From positions 687,393-751,392 of the forward strand of contig NMRA01000087.1 in assembly GCA_002633005.1 (NCBI GenBank): 64,000 nt of DNA, given 5' to 3'. Positions 12,701 through 27,133 of the stretch are shown here, piece after piece. Every line of letters starts with the position of its first letter. Position 1 is the first letter of the stretch. Under the pieces are notes generated by a model. It was not told the origin of the DNA, did no database searches, and saw only the letters and a list, made by a program, of their open reading frames with translations. The position numbers were made by a program, and so were the translations under genes. This DNA comes from Phoronis australis. Its lineage: Eukaryota; Animalia; Phoronida.

Positions 12701-13097
12701 TTGAACATAGAAGAAATCGTTCATCACCCCGTATACAGGACCGTCCTCCCTCCCTTTGAATCACTGGTGTCACATTTCTAACAAGCTGAAGTTATTTTGC
12801 GACGCACTGGTCAGAGGATTTTATTCACATTTTTACGACAACAAGTAAACTTTTCTGGAGAGCAACAGTTCAATTAATTCTGAAGCGTTTTCTACAACCG
12901 TTGACGATTTCATTGTTCTTGTTGATAACGGAAACAGAATCTTGCCACGGTAAGTAATATTACGCGAGTAAAAGGCCTCATTCGATTTTTGCTTTACCTG
13001 CTAAACAGGGCGATGCAGCGTTCATTGGCGCGGTTTCCAACAAGTAGCCAGGTGGAACAATGCAAAAACAGGAAAACAATCAGACTCAGTCAGTGTC

Positions 13098-13103
13098 TTT
13101 ATT
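13098..13103 (-). promoter_or_regulatory. Candidate distal AATAAA for the RASSF gene (about 3.6-kb 3'UTR)
   Basis: tttatt followed on the minus strand by a U/GU-rich tract (attgttttcctgtttttgc, 13080-13062). A more proximal AATAAA lies near 15456-15461. Confidence 0.3.
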
Positions 13104-15677
13104 GGTACATTGAAGTATTATATAAGTCAAAACCAAGGCTATTTCCTTTATCAAACAAATGGTGCATTTTTAACAGTGAGAAAAGTAACTGTACGAATAC
13201 TGTACAATTTAAGGAGCCTAAAATCAGTCAGCATTAAAATTAAAAAATTCGATTGGAGTTTCATTAGCCGCGGCTAGTGCAATTAACAATTTGATTAATC
13301 TATTTACAAGTAGTCTAAAAGCAGTCAATAGATCCACACTTGCAATATAATACAAATAATACCGAATAAAACTTTTATAAATTAGTATATAAAATAAATG
13401 ATTTTACAAAGTTAACACAAATAGATAAAACAAAAAAGCCAAACCCCAACAAACCACCACCTACCTAACACTCTTATACCAAGTAACTATGGAGGTTAGA
13501 CGAAACAAAGATCTTAAAGATCGGATTACTTTTGCATTTATAATTACAAACAATATGCCTAAAGGTTTCCTTTGGCCATTTGCTAAACATTGAAGTCATA
13601 CACAATTAAAGGCAATAATCTAATCTCAGTAGGTTATGATAAATATTAACAGCTTGAGGTGAAGTCAAAACACTAAACAAGCAAAAGCCGGCTAAAGCTT
13701 CTTTGATAATCAACAAGAAAAATAACATAAAAGACTTGGATAATGTTCGATGTGCACACTGCATCAAGGTTTCTGTTAATTCTAACACATGAATAATCCT
13801 GGTTGTAGGTTGGTCAGTCTCGGGATAAAAGCAAAAAAACACTATACCTTGCAAAATGTAATGAATAGAGTGAAACTTAATTTAAAGCTACAGCCCTATG
13901 CATGCCTAAAATCAGACGATATAATGGGTTTTCCTTTCAATAACAGAGAGTTTATGGCAGACAGAAAGTCAATCTAGGAATGAATTTTTATGACACACAG
14001 ATGCCTTGCGTAATCGTAATGCCCGACAGAAAGTCTATTCTATGTAAAAATGCATGACACATACATACAGCGTAATGAGTTATTTCATTGTCGGATCCTA
14101 CGGTTTTACGCAATGCATGTCTTTTTAGCTTTAGAGATAACATGTTAAGTGGAATGTAACAAACTGTACAATACACCTCTAAACCGCACCACGTAGAGTC
14201 AATCTGGAAGACAGGGACCTCTTCACAAATGCCACTTCTGGGGGTGTTCAGCAGTAGTACAAGGTTTTTCATCAAAGATATTTACTCCCTACCGTATTCT
14301 GCATTCAAGACCACATAGATTTTTGTTGGCCAACATTATCCTACCACTGGGTAATTTGACTAAAACTTACTCCCAGTATTTAGTACCTTGGTAAAAAGGG
14401 CTTCATTCAGCATTCCATCAATGCGTATTAAAAGATGTCAGTACCCCCAGTAGCAATAGTAAATCATAAAACACCTTCAGTAGGTATGGTGGATGGGAAA
14501 GGACATCATAGTTATTCCGTAATTCCATAAAGTTAAATTCATCTCACAATGTGCCAACTTAAAAAATGTACTACTTTCGCTCAAAGGTTAAAATCCGTAC
14601 ATTGAGCGCCTGAGTTACAAGTCCAGGGCTCAAGCGACAAGCCGAGCACTAAACTAATTATAAGTCAAGCGTTAGAAAAAGTTTTATGTCCTTTACCAGC
14701 CACCACACACATGAAACATCGCTGCAGGATTAAAAACTAGCTAGAAGCCAAAGCCCAAGATGTGTTTTCAGTTGATTAATTGAGTTTTACAATAACCCAT
14801 CAGGAAATTCAGGTTACAAACTGAAATTTGAAAACTAATATAGCTGTTAACCAATTCTGAAGATGACTGGTCAAAAATATAACAAAATTACACCCAAAAG
14901 AGAAAGAACTTACTAATAAACACACAAGTGTATAAAAAAACTGGTTTTTGTCTCCGACCAACAGCATGAAAATAATGCCAGAGGTATTTTTTCAACAATC
15001 TGATGAGGCCACTGCAGTATAAACAAAGCTATTTCAAAAACTTTTAAGATGCACTGATTCAGTAAGTCTGTGAATCATAAGTACCAAGCCACAATCATTT
15101 CATAAGCAGTATACTAGCTTACAAGCCCTAATGACGTTTTAAGTACATTTCAACCATGCAATATTGCAACTACCATCTGCAACACACAACTACATGCAAA
15201 GCACTCGAGCAGTTTCTACTTAGTTTGCACTTAGGAAGTCAATCTTCGTGGAAAGTTAAATGTATTATTCACACAAGCATAAAATTTTACTTTACTTTTC
15301 ATTGATACGCACAACATCTCCTTAAACACATTGGCTATGAGCTCAATATGCTTCAATTACATGGCAAATCTTTATCGGCCATTTTCAGGCATTTTGATTT
15401 TCCATGCTTTAAGCAGTTTTGAACAAGGAGTTCGATTCACATGAAATTGTGCATATTTATTTTATGGTCTTTGGACAAGGGAATCGAGACTCAAATCTTT
15501 GATTTTCTGGCAAACAACAGAGATATCAGCCATCAAAACCAATGACTTGGAACATTGGGGGACTTTGAAGAATGATATTTCTGTTGCTTGAGGGTAAATC
15601 CAAAATGTGAGACACAGTTCCCCTGAGTATTGGCAGGAATACATAGTGTACACAGTAACTCAGAACCCCCAACAGTT

Positions 15678-15794
15678 TACCGTAAACTCGCAGGTTAATG
15701 CCCCATGCCCGGGTAATCGCCCCCNCCCCCCCCCCCCAGGTCTCAGGGTTTCCCCTTTTCAGCGCACATGGTGTTAACCTGTGAGTTTATGGTA
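15678..15794. mobile_element. Tc1/mariner-type MITE with TA TSD
   Basis: TA-ccgtaaactcgcaggttaatgcc ... ggtgttaacctgtgagtttatgg-TA; contains an N within a C-run. Confidence 0.7.
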
Positions 15795-16737
15795 GGTTCT
15801 TTTAGAAATTCATGCTCAAAGCAAAAAAATGACATTTTTTTAAAATGACAGTCACGCGATCATAAATGACTGCAATGTTTGTTTTAATGCGGAAATTGAA
15901 GTATTTCAATCATCGAGGATACAGAAAATATTCACATCTTTGTCAGTTGAAAGTGGACAGTTAAAAAATTATTCTATGCAATATGAAAGAAGTTCACGAA
16001 GGTTGACAATTACCATAAGATCTTTGTATTAATTGCCAAAAACAAATTCAGCTAAAGCTAGTGTTTTGTGAAATACTAATTTACAGGCAGGTACAACAAT
16101 AACTGTGATACTCTACTTCATTCAGCAAACCTTGTGTGAAGCAGCAAACTTTCCCAGGGTCTCACTTTACAAAGAGGTTTCACCCTCAAAACTGCACAGA
16201 AAACCATGAGCGGCCATGCTTGCTTCAACAGGAACTTGCTAAACTTTAGACGAATGTTCAAACTTTTTCTACAAAGTTTGTTAAAAATGTCTTACTTTAC
16301 GACACTTCTCAATCCACTACCAATGCAAAATGAGTATAAACATCATCAAGGTTTCCAACTCTGCTCCACTTCCTAGACAGCAGCTGAATGCCCACAACTA
16401 CCTTACTCCTTCGAATAATGAGTCAGAGGATATTACCTCACATTCTAAATCCAGGTCAGTGCAACATCTGGATTAAGGGGTATCTAAGATAATACCAAGT
16501 GATGAAAACATCCTACCAGAGGCAATATCACAAGTGGCTACCTCCCTTTGAATTACCCAGACCAGGTGGCAACACAATGCCAAAATACCTGAGAAGAAAA
16601 AACTGAGCCTTCTGAGATGATGCCCAAGGAGACAATATACCTGTCTACAAACGTCTTCAAAAATACACCCCCCCTTTTCCCGATGGAGAACAGTAGCCAT
16701 GGCTTCTTCGTGGGCATTATTCATTGGAATGTTACTC

Positions 16738-19700
16738 TCATGCTGTTGAGGTTCTCCTCATCTGCACCTCATCCATCCTTTTCTTCAGAGCATCGCGGAA
16801 AGCGGAATACCTAACAGAACATATAATTAATGAGGAAATACACATCAAATGCATCAGAAAAAGCACGAAATATTTTTTCTCAGAATTGAGTCTTTTTTAA
16901 AGGAGAAAGACAGAGAAGTGCTATCTATAATAGCCACCATTTTGGTGACAGAGATTTTCCTGCTAAAGCCATACTTTCTGTCAAAAACAAAAGTTTTGAT
17001 CCAAGTCACTCATGAATATGAAATTAGCCTTTTCTTGTTCTGGACTCAGTTAAGAAGTTATCTCCGGGGTCGGAACGGACTGACAGTGTGTTATTTCATC
17101 AGACTAAGCTCATAAATTTCAAGTCACACCATGACCTATAATTTCATGATCCTGGTCTGAATAAATAACAAACTAACAGTTCTTTCCAAGCCTGGAAATC
17201 ACACCTGTTTTGACCATGGACTACAGTACATGGACCGCCAACTCCGTATATTTTCAATGGATGAAATCTGTGATCTTACGCACAAGCTGCGACATCGCTA
17301 TTCACTAGCGACACATAGCAAGTTTTACTTCCGGTCAGTCTGCTAATCTGTTGTGTGGTCGGGTGATAAAAGTACTCACGATACCAACAGTTCTATTATT
17401 GGAAGACTTTGAACAGCGTTTCAATGCTGAAATTGTTTTTGTTTTGTACTGGACAGTGAAAAAGATGCGAAAATTTCCCATCACAATACTCTGAAATGAG
17501 ACCTCAGTGAGGTCACTACAAAGTTAAAATCACTATTTAAAGTTATTCAGTGACCAATGGAAGACTTTGTGTGCAATAATTCATTTGCAAGTAAAGACTA
17601 TCCACTGTGCTTGCCCAAACTTTGACTTTGACTGACGTTTTAACATAAGCTCATGAACAGACAAGCACACATCACCTCAACAGAAGGCAATATGTACTTT
17701 TTGCCGATTTAACGTAAATGCTAAATTTTTTTCAACTGTTGTGGTAAATTTGGCATATTTTACTAACTCTGAAATGTATTTTGAATCTTTTTATTTGATT
17801 TTTTCGTTGTGACACCGTGAGCAAGTCACACAAAGCAGACACTGTGTCTGACTGGCGCAGTGTCTACTGTATTAGTTTTAGCAAGTGATTCTGTCATCTT
17901 TGATGCAGTCAACAGCTAATTACTAGGTAAGGGGCTAGCACTGAAAATCTTGCATCTCAGCTATTGACAAGCAAACACAATTAAAAGTGAGGTAATATAG
18001 CTAACTTAGACCGATTGATCTTTCCAAACTTGTTCACTATTTTATTAATTTCAGGATCTTTTTACTGAAAAGGTTCAAAATATCTTTTATGGCAAATTAA
18101 ATATACCAAACTGACCAAAATGTATTCAAAAAGGTAACAGTCCCTTTTAAGACACGCACCAAAATCAGTGCCATCCAACTCACACCTGGACGTCCACAAT
18201 CAAGAGAAAAGCACCCATTCTTACTTGGATTTTATCTTTTCAATGGCATCCTCTTCATCTCGAACATACTTCTCAAGAAACGCCGATAACAAGGCGTTGG
18301 GTAAATTGACAAAATCAGCGATCTGAAGACGAAAGGATGTTAACTTGTGATTTACTTTCTGACAACTTCACAATAAACCCAATGCACAGCCTAATTTCTG
18401 TTGAAATGTCTGAAAATATGCAGCCATCACTTAAAGGATAGAGTAGAATATTACATAGGCATTTGTCCCTACACATCAAGACATCAATACACTGCTTACT
18501 ATGTGATATATATCATATTTACTAGTCATCTCAATAATCGAGTTGCCAAAATCTCACTGACAAAAACTGAAATGCCATCATCTAAAGTTCAGTTCGACAT
18601 TTAACAATTACCGATTTTTTTAGATTAATTAGAAAGTTTGCATTATACTGTAAGAGCATCTATGGAGCTTTAGGGTGCTTAAACACTACATAAACTAGTC
18701 AATACATTAATTGACTCACCTCCGGGGGTACGTCTGTTATTGTTTTCCGATCCGCGTCGTGTTCCATAAGAAACAATTTCCTGTGACACACTTCCTCAGG
18801 TCCCAGTAGCACTCGCTCTATTAGAGGTAAATCAATATCCTTCATTTTTGTAAGAGCTGGAAAGATGAGAGAGAAATGGTTATAACAACAAAACTTTCAG
18901 AACGAAGACAAAATATCGCTAATTTCTTCCAGTCGAAAACTCGTAACAACACTCAGGTCTTCATGAAGTCTTAGAGCAAATTTTGCAAAAAATGAAACCT
19001 TCCAAAGAGATATTTGTAACCAAACATTGGTGGGGCACAAAGCAGTAACCTCGTGACAACAGGGAGTCCAGATAAAACCCATAGACCAGATAGAATTCGC
19101 AGTCGTGCAAACACTAAAGAGTAGTCAGGCTTCACAATCAAATGCCTGTTGGCTAAAAATCAATTCTGACATGAATTTCATCAGGACTATAAAATTTCTG
19201 ATAAACTTGGAAAAGTGTAATTTATCAGGCAAAAATGGCACCTTACCTCCGGCTTCGTCTACTAAAAAGAGTGAGAACTCTTGAGGTGAATTCCTTATTT
19301 TGAACTTTTCGAGGATGATGGTGATGACGGGTAGTACTGACTGAAGACTAGTGACAGTGACTGACATTACAGCACCAAAAGCTGGTGTGAAGACACAGGT
19401 CTGAAAAGAAAAACGGCAAGAAAATGATTTACTACGAGACAAATTCATTCATAGATGAGCCATCATAAAATTGTTTTTTATTTTCTTCAACTTTGTATAC
19501 AGGTCAAGCAGAAGTAGAAGTAGAAGTCGACATAGTACAATGCAGCAACTTTACTCTATTGTGGATTCCAGTCTCTGTTTTTGCTTTGGCCTCTATGATG
19601 GGTTTATGGCTTTGATGAAATCCGAAACAAGAATTTTCACAGACTTCTGTTGACTAAGTCCAAACTTCAGTGAAGCCAATGTCTACATGGCTTATTTCCC

Positions 19701-22700
19701 ACATTATTTACAAGCTTACTGCCAAAATCCTAGCGACAACTTGAATTGGCACTTGTGTGGTCTCCCCAAACTGACAAACTACTAGCTTAATATATCCCTG
19801 TTGACAGCTATCAGTTTGTTAGAGGGCGATATCATAATTTCAAATGCCACAAATGCACCCTGACATCTCCAGCAGAAAACCTGCCATATTAAGCTGGTTA
19901 CGTACATTGCTATCGTAGAGATGACCGTTTATCGAGTATCGTTTCCTTATCCTTCTATCTGCCTTGAAGCCAACAGTACTGAATTTGTTCTTCCGCCTTA
20001 AGACTACTGTTGACGTGTCCACTTTGATCTTGTCCGACTCTCCCAGGCTGTTGCGTCGTTTGGACTCTTGTCGAGCTGGAGACTCCACCTGAAACAAAAG
20101 ATGCAATACATCGAGATGGTGCACATCAAAACAATATAAACAACTTAAGTCTCAGAAAAAGGTCACGCCAGCGATGTCTTATAAAATTCAAACACATTTA
20201 GTACAGCGTAACATTTAGTTCACGCGTTTGGTTTTTAAAACAAGCTGTGTCAATTTACCACACACATTTTATTCATTCATAGATCGTCGATTCATTTTCA
20301 AAAAAATACATTACCATGGATAGCCTCACAAGTGCTCTGCATTTTTTCCACGAGGTCTCTCCCTACACTCAAGTTTACACTGATCATAAAAAGACTATTG
20401 GTGCAATGCTCATTGTGGATTAGCTAGAGATGAAAAGATTCAGTGTAAAATTCCACAAAGTGTCCCACAACCACCAACTCCCTCACCCAAAGACTTAGCA
20501 TTACTATTTAGCAAACCTTGGTATCAGTCTTCAAGCTGGTCTAAACATTAAGTGATGGTCAACAAGGGCTGCAGATGATTATCTTCAGTCAAAGATTGTC
20601 AATCCGGCAGCATTTATTTATTAATAAACTAAAACGTCGTTTCTCATCCGTAAAACATCACAGCCTTTCTATGACCAGTCACTCACCACAGGTGATAGTG
20701 TTTGACTGGCTAGTGCTGGGTCTATTTCGTTCTCCATAGCGCGGATGTAACTCTTCCTGAAGCTCAGTTGTGGTACAGGCACATTGTCATTCTGCTGTAG
20801 TTTGATGGCTTTCTTCACCCCCCAGCACACACGCAGCAGGCCCTGGATGTAGTACTCACCATCCTCCTAAAAAATATACATAGTGTAACAAAGTCGCCCC
20901 TGTATGTGAAGCCGCAGCCATATGAGTTAGGCACATGCAGCTAGATTAGAAACATTTACATATGTGTAAAACCGAAGAGCAAGCTTAGTAACATGTGAGT
21001 TGAGTACCTTATCACCGTAGATGATTTAAGATTAATAAATCAATTGAAAAGTATTTGCCAATGACTCTCACAAATTAGGTCTAGCTTAAGTGGCAAAACG
21101 GAGCGAATCCTTCCATTGATGCTATCAATGAGCACCATTCGGTCTAGTTTCATCAGGTTAGCTAAGAACACTCTAACTCCGCACATTTAAAAAGGAAACA
21201 GTAGCTTTCAAGGAAGCATTGAACGTGGCTTTAACAATGGATAGCAACAAAAAATATGCAAGTCATCAAGGAACACCTTTGCATGCCTTTAAGTGGAACT
21301 TATGCGTCTGTATGTGAAGCACTTGAACAAACTTTAATCATCAATTATTTCAAGCATGGCCCTACTGTAACAGAGACAACAGCCATTTTTGATGTTGTAC
21401 TTTTTTTTTCCATATTTTTATTTTGCTCTAGCATGATAATTACAAGTCAAATCAAACAATATACTATACATCGTTTACAAAAAATAACATTAAATCATTG
21501 ATGTTGTACTTATTGGAATTCAGATCCCTGGTTATCTTGGAGGGACATATTTCCTATAGTTTTTATTGTCCATGCAATGACAGAAAGTGACGCACATGGC
21601 ACAGCGAAAGGCCCGCAACTTAGCTCTGTATTCACATCCACAGAGCGAACACAATATTAAACTCACTAGTATTCATTTGTGTTTTGGTCAATTATGTCTC
21701 GCTCAATTAAGTTAAATGGAAAATGTCTCTCCACGATAACCAAGACTCTGTACTTTCAGCAAATGTAATGGTTACTTTCTCCCATAAATATGGGCGTATA
21801 CAGTCAAAGAACAGTGTTTTGTCACCTCAACAGAACAAGAGCAACGCAGAGCGTTGAAATGCGCCCACAATTGCACCGTATACGGTATCCTTCTAGGGTT
21901 GTTTATTGGTACCATAAAGTGGCCAGTAGAGGGCATATATGTAGTATGTTGTACTTTGCAAAATGGAAAGGGATGGTCATTGTCTCCTCAATAGGCTAGG
22001 NNNNNNNNNNNNNNNNNNNNNNNNNNNNNNNNNNNNNNNNNNNNNNNNNNNNNNNNNNNNNNNNNNNNNNNNNNNNNNNNNNNNNNNNNNNNNNNNNNNN
22101 NNNNNNNNNNNNNNNNNNNNNNNNNNNNNNNNNNNNNNNNNNNNNNNNNNNNNNNNNNNNNNNNNNNNNNNNNNNNNNNNNNNNNNNNNNNNNNNNNNNN
22201 NNNNNNNNNNNNNNNNNNNNNNNNNNNNNNNNNNNNNNNNNNNNNNNNNNNNNNNNNNNNNNNNNNNNNNNNNNNNNNAAATCCGTTCAGGACTTTTGAA
22301 GATACAAAGGTAAGCGTAAAAAACTAAAATTGCCACTAGGGGGCACACCGGTAGTCGGATCCGTCCGAAAGTTCGCACATGCCGTCCCATTCATGAATGG
22401 AACATATGTGCCAAATTTCATGAACATATGTCAAAGGGTTTTGGAGATAGAGCAGCGGACGCCGGACGCCAGACGACGGACGCCGCCCGTACGGACGGAC
22501 GGACGGACGGAGATGACGGCATAATGCGTCCACATATAAATATGTGGGTGCATAAAAATGTATTGCCTTCAAAGCACTTACCCCAAATATATTTAAAACC
22601 TTGCTTGCTGACGACTCTCTGTAGAACTCATTGTATTCTTTAAACCGCACAATAAACTCATCACTAAAATACAGAAGAATGGCACTGACAGTCTATAAAT

Positions 22701-25700
22701 ATCCATACAGACGGGCAGCACCAATACAATTCAACAGGTGGAAGACACAAGCACTTGGGTGACAAAAAATGATACAAAGTTAAGTTCACTGCCACACTGA
22801 AATGAAATAAAGTAGACTTATAGAACAACTGACATGTCCTCATATTCTGGGTAATGCTCTTATTCTAGTAAGGAGAGGAAAGACATTGAGGGATTGTACA
22901 AGAGATCACAAAACCCCGATCATGTAACCCTGCGTCTCACTGTTTAAATGTACCGGTATGCCAGTTTTGTAAAGAAACTCCTTTTGCAGACCACAGCGCA
23001 CGAAAAACATAAAGGGTGGCAAAAAACTGTATTAACGATTTTAAATCACAAATCACGCTATCATTATTAGATTATACTACAGTAAATTAAAGTTGAATGT
23101 CATTCTATATAGCTTTCACTTTAAATGTACTTTGAACTTTTAACCAAAGACCTGCAGTGATTAAAAACATTGCTATGTCTAAGAATTGGTCGACAAATCC
23201 AATAAAAAATCACCAATTTTCCAACACCTGCGTTGACTTGTTGACTTTGTGTATAGTCTTCTTAGTAACAGAAAGTAAGTCCCCAATTCGATTTTCAGTT
23301 TCTAGCTAGCTAAACAAGCTAAACAGCTTTAAATAAGTACAGCTTTTAGTAAATAATTCATTAAATAAATGACCAATTTATGATCTAATAAATAAATAGA
23401 TTTATTGAGTGAATACGGTTCACTTCACTTACTGAACAGCTGTCTACAGATTTCTGAGGTTTCAAATCGCACGCTAAAATCCTTTGTCAACATAATGATA
23501 GCATGACAAGCACAAAATTCAGGAAGTAACTCAACTAGCCATCCTCAGTCACTGATAGTGAAATAATCAAACAATTGCGACACTTACCTGCCCCCTGTGA
23601 TATTACTTCGCTGGACATTAGACACAGCCCCCTGTCTCATCAGTGTAGGACCAAACAGCCTATTGTAGCAAGGTACATGGCAGTAGGGAAGCCCTTTGTG
23701 CTGAAGAACAAAAGATAAAGTCACACAGAGCAGATAATAATGCCAATGACATTGGGCCAAACTGGGTCCATTGCACTAATCACCTGATTAAGGCTCAAGA
23801 GGATCCCTCGCCATCCGGTTCTTCTTGAGCAGTCTTCTAATCTTCAATTTTTTTCAGGAAATTAAGAAAGTTATTGACCCTGCACAATCTGCTCAATAAG
23901 TTATATGTCAATATTTATAAAGGTAAGCCTTTACAGTTAGTATTTTAGAACAAAGAACATATGTCAATTCAAATGTTGCCAGGAGTCTAACTTAGCGCCT
24001 AGCCCCTCTACGTCATCTTCCCGAGTAAGATGGAGATCAATCTCAATGAAAAGGGGTGTGATGATCAGAGCTGTCAAAAATTGAACAGTTACGATGTTAT
24101 TAATGAAAAATAGTGTTCAACAACAAGTCCTTTTTTCAGCTTATAACATGCTCTTTGCAGGATGAGTAAAAAGTTGTGTAATGCTGACATAACATGTTTA
24201 AAAGCTGTCATAAGCTTCCATGGGGTAGACTTGTCACCTACTTCCACAATCCAAGTTCTATTCTTGCCTTTGTTAAAATATAGTCAGGCTCGTAATTAGA
24301 AATTGTGTATCTCTTATGCCTAGGAAAAGTGATAATGACAGTATACACTTGCAGTGGAGTGAGCTGAAAAACTTTAGCTGACTGACGGCACAAACATAAT
24401 AAAATACTGAGCATACATGAAAGCTCAAACAGAACATTGTCAACAAGATTCGGACAAATACAAACCTCGGCGTGTTGACCTTTAGTGAGCACTTTGTTGC
24501 ATGCTTCACATCTCAAACATTCCCTGTGCCAATCTTTACCCACAGAAAATATTCTCTCAGCTGAAAGATATTTTTGTGCTCAGTCTCGATTTCGTTACAT
24601 GTTTTACCATACCTAACAATACATTTTCATCTCTAGGTTCAGTTACATTGTAGTACAGTGGTGGATCTGCGTGAGGTTCAGGATTTAAAAACTTCTTCGC
24701 CACCATATCATATCAGGATGCCAATGGCGTCAGTTACTATAGTAACACCCCTGGTCCCATCATTCAGCAAAAATACAGATTGCTTTGAAGCAACGCTGGG
24801 CTGTGATTAAATCTTTTCAGTAAATACAATTGAAACTTTCCCCCAATTTGAGTTTCTCTGAGCAGGATTTGTTCATTATGTTCTATAGCAACACCATTTC
24901 ACATGAAAGACAGAACAAAAATTAATAGTCAAAGAAATTCATCAAAAGGAAACATGAGCTCATACCTTTTCCCATGAAAGTTGTTTTGGCCAAACTATGG
25001 ATTTGCCATGACACCAGTCTATTCAAGTTATCTATGTACTACCAAATCACTATCATGACAATGTCTCTTTCTTGAATGTTCAGAAAATTTCACGATCTAT
25101 TAGCCAATGAAAATCATGTTGGAAAGTTTTACTTAGCTCACCCATTTCAAGCTCCGCCTCAGAGAATGACGAGACAAAAACATCAAATAATGCACTTGGT
25201 TTGAATCAAATGTTACAACGTTACAATGCACTCCTATGAAAGAGATCAGCAGGAAGTGTTCATTCAGGGGGGGTACTAGATTATATTTCTGATGGAGTTG
25301 CAGCTCTGAAAAATCAGGATACCAATCCATTTAGAATGTAGGTTAAAAAGGAGAAATGTCTGCAGGGAGCTAACATGAAAAGACATGCTTTAGTATTTTC
25401 CCAGAAATTCCAACATTTTATCGAGGTTAATTCCATTCCAAGGGATTTTGTCAGAGATGCCAGGTTTCTTTGCCTTTTGCAGCAAAGTTTCGAAAATGTA
25501 AATAACATCAAAAACCTTAGTGTTCATAGATTTGCATATGCTAAAAAGTTGAACCTTTTTGCAAGGAACTTTGCCAAAAAGACACCCTATCCTATTTATC
25601 AGAAAAGCAAGGCATCCTTCGCTGGGTAAACTCAGGCATTAGCTAGGCATTCTCCCGTTCAGTAACTTTACCAGACATACAATGGTTGTGAGTGTGTGAT

Positions 25701-26558
25701 AAAATCTAGCTCCTTTGTTAACTGCCCAGCACAGACTTTTGTCTAATATGACAACATGCAGGCCAATTATCTAGGCAGGCTTATTACCAATCAAATGTGA
25801 ATACAGTCAAACCCAGAGCAAAGTGGTACGTTCGGAGATAATAGATTGTCATAACTTCGGTTGTAGTTGGGCCATTTTGGTGATTAAAAAACTAAACATG
25901 ATCAGCATTTGACGCGAAATTCAGAAATGCTATTGGTTTGTGTTCAAATATATTATGACTTAACTTTTATTTTTAACAGTACAGCCCAGTCAGGCTAGAC
26001 ACAATCTTATAGGAGATTAAAGCAATTAAGGAACAAATGAGAGCTAGTACTCCAACCATAAATTCCAGAATGGAGTTAATCATTCGTGTAAGATACTGGC
26101 TACAGCAGTCATCCTCCCAACTTGTTGATGGGCTATACAATCGAACAAGTTGGGCTCAACGGGAAAACGCCGTAATAGGTCGGGAGAAGAGCAACCTTGT
26201 AAGGAGCACGTCTCGTACACCTCTTCTATAAAGTACCCCCAAGGTGTCCTAGGGTTTCACTATCGCTGAACAAACACACCAATAATTTGGCATCCTGCAT
26301 TGTGTGTAGTAAAATGATACGCAGTTATCATGTTCAGCATCTCACATCACGCCGTCACAGCGTAATCAGTTCACTGCGATAGGAAACCGAAATGCTTGGC
26401 CCACTGTAATCGCTCCAAAACACTCGACATAGCTACGTAACAAAGTTTAACAAGAAGCGTGTTACACAACATTGTAGTAGGATTGGTGTACGAGATCATT
26501 GACAAAAGTTCTCACCAAAGTAGACTGGTTTTTTACACTTATGACACACGAAAGACAT
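16738..26558 (-). CDS. RASSF2/4/6: LIM-RA-SARAH Ras association domain family protein (RASSF2/4/6 group), 385 aa; exons 26558-26516, 24560-24466, 23700-23588, 22663-22582, 20866-20687, 20088-19906, 19400-19247, 18856-18720, 18322-18225, 16810-16738
   Basis: All nine introns GT-AG with compatible phases, 1158 nt in total. CRIP-type LIM ([54 protein letters not shown]); RASSF2/4 motifs [43 protein letters not shown]; RA domain ([34 protein letters not shown]); SARAH ([35 protein letters not shown]). Confidence 0.93.
17057..17202. repeat. Degenerate inverted-repeat element (old MITE) in the last RASSF intron
   Basis: tccggggtcggaacggactgacagtgtgttatttcatcagact pairs imperfectly with ggtctgaataaataacaaactaacagttctttccaagcctgga. 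Confidence 0.55.
22001..22278. other. Assembly gap (278 N) within RASSF intron 4
   Basis: Run of N; flanking exon phases are compatible, so no missing exon is required. Confidence 0.98.
22279..22558 (-). mobile_element. Helentron-associated (DINE-1/pearl-like) element end with (GGAC)n microsatellite
   Basis: Minus strand reads TTTTTATGCACCCACATA-TT-TATATGTGGACGCATTA (terminal hairpin) then (GTCC)n and runs into the gap. Confidence 0.7.
25802..26263. mobile_element. Degenerate pogo/Tigger-like non-autonomous element
   Basis: TA-cagtcaaaccc ... gggtttcacta termini; short TIR only. Confidence 0.4.
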
Positions 26559-26877
26559 AACGATACCACCCAACAGGAAATGTTACTGTTTACTTCACTC
26601 AATGTATACTTGAATATTCGTTCGAATCACAAAGTAGTTTAAAAAAAGAGACAATAGAATGCCATCTTTTGCAGTAAATTGTACATAATACATTCCATGT
26701 TGTGCAGAATTCGCTTGCCGTAAGCTTTAAACAGGAAGAACGCTTCTGAAGACACAAACTACAAAACTGTAGAAATGTGTATTCTAACGCGTTTTAAACA
26801 ACGCATATTGTGCTGACATCTGGCGGATAGCAGACGTTCAGAAAGCCAAACATTATTTTTGACAACGAGAAAAATAT

Positions 26878-27133
26878 CAGTGGGGCCGGATCCAGGATTT
26901 TGAGTTGGGGGAACGGCACAGGAATAACCAGAATTTCGCCACATTTACGCACCCAGGGATTCAGGGGTTTCGAATTTTTGAGTTTGAGTACCTTATTACA
27001 AAAAAAAAACGGTAAACGGGGTTTATTCAAGGCCTATGCATTGTGCATTCGCCCCCTGAGTCCCCCTGGGTGCTCGCATATGCTAGTCAGCAATTCGCAC
27101 CCCGAACTGCCAAATGGTACCCGTCCGCCACTG
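26878..27133 (+). mobile_element. MITE family B copy with a nested family A-like element (26942-27080)
   Basis: cagtggggccggatccaggattttgag...gaatttcgcca [insert] tgctagtcagcaattcgcaccccgaactgccaaatgg...ccgccactg is colinear with 41563-41717; insert ends catttacgcacccag / ctgggtgctcgcata. Confidence 0.7.

Noticed and set aside
12860-12956. Plus-strand donor cacg|gtaagt suggesting an antisense transcript
   Set aside because: A lone splice consensus with no acceptor or ORF support.
21963-22390. 116-aa and 137-aa ORFs
   Set aside because: Artefacts of translating through the N gap.
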